From Spirochaetia bacterium (GTDB lineage Bacteria; Spirochaetota; Spirochaetia; DSM-27196; Salinispiraceae), in assembly GCA_038204425.1 (NCBI GenBank), contig JBBRCZ010000022.1, positions 1 to 25,805 of the forward strand: a stretch of 25,805 nucleotides of DNA, in the 5' to 3' direction. Below the pieces are notes generated by a model. The model was not told the DNA's origin. It did not search any database and saw only the letters and a program-made list of their open reading frames with translations. A program made the translations under genes and the position numbers. Positions 9,799 through 16,688 of the stretch are shown one piece after another (position 1 is the stretch's first letter; each line of letters opens with the position of its first letter).

Positions 9799-10556
9799 TC
9801 ATCAATCAGGTCACCGTCGGTGGTGCCGTAAATTTCGTGAATTGTTTTTTTTCCAAGTTTTTCGGGCACATCGTCAAAGACTACTTCGCCTTGCTTCATA
9901 CCAATTATTCGATCTGAGTACTTAAGCGCTACGTCAACTTGATGCAAATTGCAAAGAATACCAATGTTCATTTTTGAGGCAATCTTTTTTAGGTGGTCCA
10001 TAATGACTTTGGCCGACCGTGGGTCCAAACTCGCAATTGGTTCGTCACACAAAATCAACTGCGGATCCTGTACCAAGGCTCGCGCAATACCAACTCGTTG
10101 TTTTTGTCCACCCGACAGCGTATCGCAGCGATTGTAGATCTGCTCCGTCAAATCAAGTTTGTCGATCATTTCTACCGCAAGTTCTTTTTCTTGCTGTGTG
10201 TAGCGACCCAAAATGCCATCCAAGTCGCTTTTGTAACCTAGGCGACCGTGCAGCACATTTTCCAAAACTGTCAAACGATATACCAAATTGTAGTGTTGAA
10301 AAATCATACCCACATGGCGCCTGGTTTTGCGCATCGCACGCTTGCCAAGGCTATAGAGGTCCGTGTCAGCAAATTGTACCGACCCATCGTTGGCGTCAAT
10401 CATGCGATTGATGCAGCGCAATAGAGTGGATTTTCCTGCACCTGATCGCCCAATAACGGAAACAAACTCGCCTTTTCTAACGTTAAAACTGGCGGCGTTG
10501 AGGGCCAGCTTTTCTTTGTAGTACTTGGTCAAGTTATTGACTTCTAGTAATGCCAT
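9795..10556 (-). CDS. phnC: Phosphonate ABC transporter ATP-binding protein PhnC
   Basis: [65 protein letters not shown]. Confidence 0.96.
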   Translation of the reverse strand: MALLEVNNLTKYYKEKLALNAASFNVRKGEFVSVIGRSGAGKSTLLRCINRMIDANDGSVQFADTDLYSLGKRAMRKTRRHVGMIFQHYNLVYRLTVLENVLHGRLGYKSDLDGILGRYTQQEKELAVEMIDKLDLTEQIYNRCDTLSGGQKQRVGIARALVQDPQLILCDEPIASLDPRSAKVIMDHLKKIASKMNIGILCNLHQVDVALKYSDRIIGMKQGEVVFDDVPEKLGKKTIHEIYGTTDGDLIDE

Positions 10557-10568
10557 TGCTCGTCCTTT

Positions 10569-10605
10569 AAAAAACAGCCGTACGACCCAAGTGGTCCGTA
10601 CGGCT
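10569..10605 (-). terminator. Hairpin plus U tract between phnD and phnC (partial terminator or mRNA stabiliser)
   Basis: Minus strand AGCCGTACG-g-ACC-acttg-GGT-CGTACGGCT-g-TTTTTT, ending at the phnC RBS (AAAGGA). Confidence 0.7.
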
Positions 10606-10625
10606 TGAAGTTCTGGTAATTTTTA

Positions 10626-11657
10626 TTATTTTGACATGGCTCGCAGTGGATCAAAGAAGCTGTCGTCCAAAGCAACAAAACGTTCACCGGCTTTAAAAAT
10701 TGCTTTTACGGTAGAGCCCTTGGCCGGGAATATAGCAGTATTCATTGCTGTGCTCTCTGCAGTAAACGCATTGCGAAGGGCCTTGAGCTCTTCGTTGCTG
10801 AACATCGAAGCATTTACGACCATAGGTGAGTTAAGCACTGCTGTGGCAGAGAGAATGACAAATTCTTGGCCTTGTACAGGGGTAAATGGGTCAACGGCGT
10901 CGCTACGAACCACATAGACAGAACCAGGAGCATTGGCCTTGCCGGTCGACAATTGTACGTAGTTGTCTACGCAGGTATCACAAAATACTGCCACATCGGT
11001 TTTTCCTGTCAATAGTTGTACAGCCGTACCTTGGTGGGATGCCCCAAAGGACACTTCGCTAAAGAGCTTGTCGGGTCCGCCTTCCAGTAGGTCAGTGCTC
11101 TTGAGACTCTTCCACTTTGGCATAGCGGAGAAGATTTTAACGATGCTTGAAGATGGAACGCGAAATCCGGAGGTAGAACTTGTAGAAACAAAGCCAAAAC
11201 GCTTTCCGGCGATGTTGTTGAGACTATAGCCTGAGCCACTTTGGTACATGCCTTCGTTACCCTTTTTGACGGCAATCCAGCTATAGTAAACGGCGCCTTC
11301 AAATGGTTTAGCAGGATTGGTAGAAGGTGAGTTGAGCGCCAACGGCATTACTTTTTTGTTCTTGGCGTTGGCTTGAACATAAGCTTCTGCACCCAAAAAA
11401 CCAAGATGGGACTGGTTATTGGCCATTGATTCAACAGCTATAATATAGTCAGTGGTAAGTCTGTGGATAACTTTTCTGCCCAAAGTCTTTTCCACCAACG
11501 CGCCAATTGCTTCGCGAGCTGATTTAATTTCCTCGCCCGATTCATTGGGAAGCCAAACAAAGGTAACTGGCTTTGACTTGTCTTCACCAGCTCCGCCGGC
11601 AAAAACCGATCCAGCAATAACAGCCGCCAAAACGACCAATGATAGAATTCTCTTCAT
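10626..11657 (-). CDS. phnD: Phosphonate ABC transporter substrate-binding protein PhnD
   Basis: Signal peptide MKRILSLVVLAAVIAGSVFA, TTDYIIAVESM, FVSTSSTSGFRVP, GASHQG, DVAVFCD. ATG at 11657 follows GGGAGAG; the track's start at 11723 is too far upstream. Confidence 0.93.
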   Translation of the reverse strand: MKRILSLVVLAAVIAGSVFAGGAGEDKSKPVTFVWLPNESGEEIKSAREAIGALVEKTLGRKVIHRLTTDYIIAVESMANNQSHLGFLGAEAYVQANAKNKKVMPLALNSPSTNPAKPFEGAVYYSWIAVKKGNEGMYQSGSGYSLNNIAGKRFGFVSTSSTSGFRVPSSSIVKIFSAMPKWKSLKSTDLLEGGPDKLFSEVSFGASHQGTAVQLLTGKTDVAVFCDTCVDNYVQLSTGKANAPGSVYVVRSDAVDPFTPVQGQEFVILSATAVLNSPMVVNASMFSNEELKALRNAFTAESTAMNTAIFPAKGSTVKAIFKAGERFVALDDSFFDPLRAMSK

Positions 11658-11721
11658 GATATTTCTCTCCCTGTCAACAAAAAGACTTGTCCTAGCGCAG
11701 CAAGGCCTAGGCATTAGGCCC

Positions 11722-11754
11722 ATGTTCCATCTACCAGGTTAGTGTTTGGTTAGT
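11722..11754 (-). promoter_or_regulatory. Putative phnD promoter with a Pho-box-like direct repeat
   Basis: Minus strand CTAACCA-aaca-CTAACCT (11753-11736; exact GGTTAGT repeat at 11737 and 11748 on +), then 8 nt, then GAACAT (11727-11722). Confidence 0.55.
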
Positions 11755-11799
11755 TATGTTCAAATTTAAGGTGTTAGTTTGTTTAAAAAATGGACTAGC

Positions 11800-13251
11800 T
11801 CAGGTCAATCGCAGTTCAATTACCTTTTTGATGCACTTGAGGTACTCAGCCGGATCGTGGCTGACTTGTACAATGGTACTTAGATTTCGCCTGGCAATTT
11901 CTTCGATTACCCGCAATACCTCTTGCCTGCTCCCACTATCCAAACCCTGGCATGGTTCGTCGAGCAGTAACAATTTTGGCAGTTTTACCACAGCTCGTAT
12001 CAATAAAAGTGCTCGTTGTTGACCATAGGAGAGTGTTGCAAAGCCTCTAAAAGAGTCACCTTGCATACCAAGGAAACTGAGCCAATTATAGAGCTGTTCT
12101 AATTGTGAAGCGCCTGCTTTAGCATACAATCCAATGCTGTCAAAAAAACCCGACAAAATCACATCGGACAGCGAGATCGAACCCAGTCTCAAAAACTCAT
12201 CGTGCAAGCGCGGCGAAACGATGCCCATTTGTCGGCGCAGTTCCCAGACCGACTCGCCGCTACCTCGTCTGATGCCAAAGATGTAAACCTTGTTGGCGTA
12301 GACTTGCTGACAATCACCGTTGATGAGTCCGAGCAAGGTGGATTTTCCACTGCCGTTGGGGCCATGGACTAATGTATGCTCCCCCGCGCGTAAGGTCCAA
12401 TCAAACTGGTCAAAGACTACGTGCTCGTCCCATTGAACATGTAGCTTGTTCATCTCAACCAAGACCTCTGGCTCTGGCGAAGCAGATGGTGCCTCTTTAT
12501 CAATTAGCAGAACCAAAGGACGTCGATTTCCTTGCTCTCGCTCAAAACCTAAGGACGTCGCTTTAAATTCTTCTAAGCTTCCAAACCAGTGCGGTTCTTT
12601 GCTAGCTTGCGCCGAGAGCACAAGCATGTTTTGCAGGTGCTGCGGCAGCCAAATAAGGTCGGCGCTTGCCCAGATAATTGTCGTTGTTTTAGAAAATTGC
12701 GCCAAGTTCGCAAGCACCTCAGCCAAGGCTCCGCGACTGGCAATATCTAGGCCATCCAAGACGCCGTCCAAAATCAAAAGTCGTGGTCGGCCCATAAGAG
12801 CCTTAAGCAAGATAGTTTTGCGTAGCTCACCTGTCGAGAGAAAGCGCAAGCCGCGGTCCAGCAAGTCTTGCAAGCCAAAGTGCTTTACAAGCGAGCTATG
12901 TTCGCAATAGTCCACCAAATACTGGGCCAGGCTGGTGCCTCGCCAATAGCCGCCCTCGCAAAAGTCACTGTCGTCGTTTTTTATTTCTTCATCAATAAGC
13001 TTCTTGGCAGCTTCTGGAGAAACTAAGCTTGTCCGGCCCAAAGTGCTCAGATCCAGTTTGCATTCGTCGGCATCGCACAGGTCGAGCTGTCCAGTTAAGG
13101 CGGCGCACAAGGCACTCTTGCCGCTACCATTGACACCACTTATTATCAAACCTGTTTGCACAGATATTTTAAACGATAGATCTCTTAGCAAAACTTGATT
13201 GTCCTTGCGGACAGAGCAACCTTTTGCCTCAAAAAGCCAGCTACCGTTCAA
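11800..13251 (-). CDS. modF: ModF-like tandem ABC ATPase (no TM domains)
   Basis: GVNGSGKS...LSTGELRK...LLILDGVLDGLD; GPNGSGKSTLL, RRGSGESVWEL, VILSGFFDSIGLY, LSYGQQR, DEPCQGLD. TTG start 3 nt after the CYTH-NUDIX stop. Confidence 0.85.
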   Translation of the reverse strand: MNGSWLFEAKGCSVRKDNQVLLRDLSFKISVQTGLIISGVNGSGKSALCAALTGQLDLCDADECKLDLSTLGRTSLVSPEAAKKLIDEEIKNDDSDFCEGGYWRGTSLAQYLVDYCEHSSLVKHFGLQDLLDRGLRFLSTGELRKTILLKALMGRPRLLILDGVLDGLDIASRGALAEVLANLAQFSKTTTIIWASADLIWLPQHLQNMLVLSAQASKEPHWFGSLEEFKATSLGFEREQGNRRPLVLLIDKEAPSASPEPEVLVEMNKLHVQWDEHVVFDQFDWTLRAGEHTLVHGPNGSGKSTLLGLINGDCQQVYANKVYIFGIRRGSGESVWELRRQMGIVSPRLHDEFLRLGSISLSDVILSGFFDSIGLYAKAGASQLEQLYNWLSFLGMQGDSFRGFATLSYGQQRALLLIRAVVKLPKLLLLDEPCQGLDSGSRQEVLRVIEEIARRNLSTIVQVSHDPAEYLKCIKKVIELRLT

Positions 13252-13254
13252 AGA

Positions 13255-14142
13255 CTAGATCGTCTTTAACAAGGCTTGGTCCATGGCACGCACAAATGAC
13301 GGGTTGTCCAGTAGCTTACGAGCTTCGGCTGGTTCGACTATCTTGCGAGCTCTAAGTGCACCTTCTTGCCATTTGTTGCGCAAGTGTGACACGGCCATTG
13401 GAAAATAGCTGATGCGATAGCACTGGGTGTCGCGCCAATACCAGCTATTTAGTGCCTTACCGACGATAGTGCCCTCGACGCCAGCCTCTTCCAAACCCTC
13501 GGCCAATGCCGTTTCCTGTGGACTCAGATGTGCCTCCGGGCTTCCTTTTGGAAAAATCCATCGGTTGCTGGTCTTGGTACTAATCAACACGACTTGACGT
13601 GTCTTATTAATTTGAGTGATGGGAATCACACCATAAGATTGCATAGGGGGCAAGAGCAAGCAAGCGAGATCTCTCTTGGCTGTTTCTTCAGTCAAACCAG
13701 CTAGTTTTTTGTTAGAAAAGCGCGGGTTGCCGGTTACTTCTGGACCAAACCAATAGGGAGCTTTAAAACCTGCAGCGGCCACCATATTGGAAAACTCAAC
13801 TTCTACGGTATGTAGTCCGGCCAGAGCTCCCTGATAGACATCAAGCTCTGCTGTATAGCCGCCGATCGTTATCAAAAAGCGTTGCTTCTGTATACGAAGA
13901 CCGTGGCTGTCTTTCCAGAGTGACTCAAATTGGCTCATACTTAGCGTTGTCTCATTCTCCTGCCTTTGAAGACCTGAGCCGGTTTTTATAGTTAAACTAC
14001 ATTTTTTGTTTGCTTGGCGAATACGAATTTCGCGATCCTCATCGACAGATAAATATGCCTGCCTGATGTTGACCAGTTTTGCGCGATGCGCTTCTTCTGG
14101 TACTTCACCAACCAAAAATTTCCGTTCTATCTCTATGCCCAT
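13255..14142 (-). CDS. CYTH (triphosphate tunnel metalloenzyme) :: NUDIX hydrolase fusion
   Basis: N-terminal EIERKFLV (ExExK), EIRIR, LTIK, QRQENE, VEVEF, PYWFGPEVTGNPRFSNKKLA. C-terminal RWIFPKG-x9-EGLEEAGV Nudix box. Confidence 0.88.
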   Translation of the reverse strand: MGIEIERKFLVGEVPEEAHRAKLVNIRQAYLSVDEDREIRIRQANKKCSLTIKTGSGLQRQENETTLSMSQFESLWKDSHGLRIQKQRFLITIGGYTAELDVYQGALAGLHTVEVEFSNMVAAAGFKAPYWFGPEVTGNPRFSNKKLAGLTEETAKRDLACLLLPPMQSYGVIPITQINKTRQVVLISTKTSNRWIFPKGSPEAHLSPQETALAEGLEEAGVEGTIVGKALNSWYWRDTQCYRISYFPMAVSHLRNKWQEGALRARKIVEPAEARKLLDNPSFVRAMDQALLKTI

Positions 14143-14879
14143 TACAAAACTCCGCGACCTTGTAGCTCTTCAAAAAGCGACTGCAATGCCTGTCCTGCTC
14201 GACTTCCTCTGGCTGACAGCACCAAGGGCGTTTTTTTGATGCCCATCTTTTCGAACTCCACGGACTGCGGCACAAAAGCCTCAAGACTGTTAGCATAAAG
14301 CTGCTTGGTTTGACCCATCAGGTCAAGGTGCAGTTTCTTTCGGGCATCCACCATCGAGAAGAAAGGAATAATTTTTGCAAGATTGCGGCTGTCTTTCTTA
14401 AAAAACTCATTGAGGAAGTCGAGTGTTCTTAGCGACAAGGGACTTGGCACGACCGGAACCAGAACAAAGTCAGCAACTTCAATTATTGCCTCACCGGTCA
14501 GGCCAATTTGGGGTGGAGAGTCAATTACTAGCAGATCATACTGAGTTTTGAGTAGACGGATAAGGGGCTTTAGACCATCGGAACTATCATCAAGTTCCAA
14601 ATCCAAATTTCGCAAGCCCTTGCGGGCTGGCAATACATCCAAGTTTTTTATGTCGCTCGCCCTTATCAGTTCGTTGACCGAGTCTTTGCCATTAACCAGC
14701 GCTTTAATCTTGCCCTTGTCTGCGGCCTCAATATTAAGATAAAAGCTAGCCGCACCTTGGGTATCTAGGTCTAGTAGCAAGACTTTTTTGCCTGACAAAG
14801 CCGACAGAACTGCAAGATTGACGGCTACGGTTGATTTGCCAACCCCACCCTTAACGCTATACAAGGCTATTTTTTTCAT
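14142..14879 (-). CDS. ParA/MinD-family ATPase (orphan, no N-terminal HTH)
   Basis: Deviant Walker A KGGVGKST, DLDTQG, LVIDSPP, ADFVLVPVVP, SMVDARKK. No parB in the window. Confidence 0.92.
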   Translation of the reverse strand: MKKIALYSVKGGVGKSTVAVNLAVLSALSGKKVLLLDLDTQGAASFYLNIEAADKGKIKALVNGKDSVNELIRASDIKNLDVLPARKGLRNLDLELDDSSDGLKPLIRLLKTQYDLLVIDSPPQIGLTGEAIIEVADFVLVPVVPSPLSLRTLDFLNEFFKKDSRNLAKIIPFFSMVDARKKLHLDLMGQTKQLYANSLEAFVPQSVEFEKMGIKKTPLVLSARGSRAGQALQSLFEELQGRGVL

Positions 14880-16351
14880 TGGTCCCTCCCCCAGGCAGTA
14901 ACGTTCTTAACCAAACCGGTTGTTTGAGCAGATATGCTCTCGCCAGCATGGGCTAGTGCTAAAGACAGATTGGCGTCACTTCTTTCTCCAAGGCGCAAAC
15001 AGAGATTTTTGAGAGACAGCAAAAGATGCGCTGGCAGCGATGCTTGTTTGCTCGCCATCCAGTTTCTAAACCACTCAAGTTGAACCACAGAATCGTTATA
15101 ACGCCCCAAGTATTTTTGGCTGGTTTTTAGTACTTCTCGCAGCTCTTCAAATTCTGCGCGTGCCGACAAGTCAATTATAAAATCCAAGAGATAACGCAGC
15201 TTTTTGTGTTGCAAACGCAGGTCGTGCACCGAGCTCGCTTCCAAGTCCGAACTCAACAAAAGAGAACCCGCTGCGGTTCGTCCATAGATCTTCTTGAGCA
15301 GGAGCGATGCTTGCATCCGGATAGTTTGCATGCGAGACTCTTCGCTCCACAAGGTTGAGTGAGGCGCCAAGTAGCGTATTAAGTCTTTCCAATCTTCCTT
15401 AAATGGCACTGAACGAAGATAGCTCACCAAGGTTTTATGTGCTTTGTTACGCTGTTTCTCAATTTCCTTAAATACCAGGATGAGGTTGTCCTTGTCTTGT
15501 TCGGCGACTAGGTTTAAAAAATCACGGCTTGACTCAAGCAATACGTCCAAGTCTCTTAATTGATTGCTAGCGGTCATCATCTGCGCAAGTTTAGCCCTAA
15601 GCACTGAGAGATCCGGGCTCAAAGACCCCTTAAAGATGCTCAAGAGCGATCTGACTTTGCGCTGTTGGACCCTAAATTCGTGCAAACACTCGATGTCGGC
15701 GTCCGAGCAAATCCCCTCAATCATGGTCTGGCTTTGCTCAAGATAGGCCAAGCATGCTGGAGAGAGTGCCTCATTGACCAAACTGGAAGGACTAAGGCTA
15801 GGCGTTTTGAGTTTTACCATGCTTATTTCCAAAGCTTGGCAAATTAACAGACCCAGGTCAACACCCTTCACCGATCCAATGTGGTTCTCAAGGTAGCCTA
15901 TCAGTTCCTGAGCCTCGCGCTCATAGCCTCTGAGCACCTCATAGCACAAGAACTCAACTTTGGTCTTGCCTGTCAAACAGGTAAACCAAAGGCGCACTAT
16001 GCCCTTGTTTTCCTTATTCTTCCACAAGTACTCAAACCGCTCAATTTCCAGCGCGCCAAGACTAACGAGTGCCCACCCTTGGTAGCGTCTCCAACTTGTG
16101 GGTGCAAATGATTCGTGGAATGTGGCATCTGCTCTAACAAGGTCAAGCAGCAGGCCGTGTCTGCGTTCCGCCTCTAGCTCCAAACAAATCGATCCTGACT
16201 TGAGAAGCAAGTGCTGATAGGTATCAATCACTTTACATTGCACAAGACTTCTAGCCTGCAAGACCAAAGGTGCTTTGCTCGTCAAGCGAGCAACAGTAGC
16301 ACCTAAACTGAGGAAATCAAGCTTTTGGATCGGACGAATCGTGGGCACCAT
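14876..16351 (-). CDS. CHAD-domain (polyphosphate-binding) protein with a degenerate CYTH-like N-terminal region
   Basis: Duplicated CHAD motifs LHEFRVQQRKVRSLL...LRDLDV and VHDLRLQHKKLRYLL...QKYLGRYND. N-terminal IDTYQHLL and LRGY. ATG at 16351 (or GTG at 16348) follows GGAGG. Confidence 0.88.
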   Translation of the reverse strand: MVPTIRPIQKLDFLSLGATVARLTSKAPLVLQARSLVQCKVIDTYQHLLLKSGSICLELEAERRHGLLLDLVRADATFHESFAPTSWRRYQGWALVSLGALEIERFEYLWKNKENKGIVRLWFTCLTGKTKVEFLCYEVLRGYEREAQELIGYLENHIGSVKGVDLGLLICQALEISMVKLKTPSLSPSSLVNEALSPACLAYLEQSQTMIEGICSDADIECLHEFRVQQRKVRSLLSIFKGSLSPDLSVLRAKLAQMMTASNQLRDLDVLLESSRDFLNLVAEQDKDNLILVFKEIEKQRNKAHKTLVSYLRSVPFKEDWKDLIRYLAPHSTLWSEESRMQTIRMQASLLLKKIYGRTAAGSLLLSSDLEASSVHDLRLQHKKLRYLLDFIIDLSARAEFEELREVLKTSQKYLGRYNDSVVQLEWFRNWMASKQASLPAHLLLSLKNLCLRLGERSDANLSLALAHAGESISAQTTGLVKNVTAWGRDQ

Positions 16352-16505
16352 GCTCCTCCAAATACTTTGCAATCAGTTCTTCCAATATTTTTTGCACACT
16401 TGTCTCGTTCTGGATGGCCATTATCTTAAGTGCCTTCAACATTTTTTTGTTAAGACGCAGTGAGGTATTGGTTTTTTCGTCAGACTTATCTTTTTTTTTC
16501 GCCAT
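16317..16505 (-). CDS. Small ribbon-helix-helix DNA-binding protein (ParG/CopG-like)
   Basis: Basic tail, then TNTSLRL (strand), NKKMLKALKIMAIQ (helix), TSVQKILEELIAKYL (helix). TAAGGA RBS at 16520-16515. Confidence 0.8.
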   Translation of the reverse strand: MAKKKDKSDEKTNTSLRLNKKMLKALKIMAIQNETSVQKILEELIAKYLEEHGAHDSSDPKA

Positions 16506-16528
16506 TGCAATTAATCCTTATGCTGATC

Positions 16529-16557
16529 ATCGTAACATAGAGACGTCAGTACGTCAA
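16529..16557 (-). promoter_or_regulatory. Sigma70-type promoter of the RHH-CHAD-ParA-CYTH/NUDIX-modF operon
   Basis: Minus strand TTGACG (16557-16552), 17 nt, TACGAT (16534-16529), with an extended -10 TGn. Confidence 0.75.
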
Positions 16558-16586
16558 GACATAAAACTGATACTGCCGTCAGTTTT
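16534..16586. repeat. 8-bp-period repeats plus an 8-8-8 inverted repeat; putative RHH operator or parC-like site
   Basis: aACATAga gACGTCag tACGTCaa gACATAaa (16534-16565); AAAACTGA-8 nt-TCAGTTTT (16563-16586). Confidence 0.6.
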
Positions 16587-16627
16587 CTGCTAAGTGGCCT
16601 AAAAACTCTTCAAAAACTTCTAAGTTC

Positions 16628-16670
16628 CTGACGATTTTGTAACCATCGTCTAACATCAGCCGCGCAAGCT
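16628..16670 (+). promoter_or_regulatory. Putative promoter of the GT-Ugd/GH79 operon with a Pho-box-like triple direct repeat
   Basis: CTGACGA-tttt-GTAACCA-tcgt-CTAACAT (11-bp period), then 8 nt, then CAAGCT. Confidence 0.55.
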
Positions 16671-16688
16671 TGGCTTCGGGGGTGGACT

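Noticed and set aside
9272..9925. 217-aa plus-strand ORF
   Set aside because: Antisense shadow of phnE/phnC. Its Lys/Ala-rich composition is what the complement of a hydrophobic membrane-protein gene produces.
12446..12910. 154-aa plus-strand ORF and the other short ORFs overlapping called genes
   Set aside because: Antisense or alternate-frame shadows of well-supported genes, with no motifs or RBS.
13255..14142. Class IV adenylate cyclase
   Set aside because: A common mis-annotation of CYTH proteins. The short NeuTTM-like form and CHAD context favour a triphosphatase.
14142..14879. ParA as evidence of a plasmid or chromosomal parABS locus
   Set aside because: No parB, rep, integrase or transfer genes, and no canonical parS palindrome seen. 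The gene is coupled to metabolic genes.
16491..16499. A9 tract in the RHH gene (also T9 at 5762-5770) as a phase-variation site
   Set aside because: In frame, encodes Lys codons, and runs of this length are unremarkable. No evidence of length variation.
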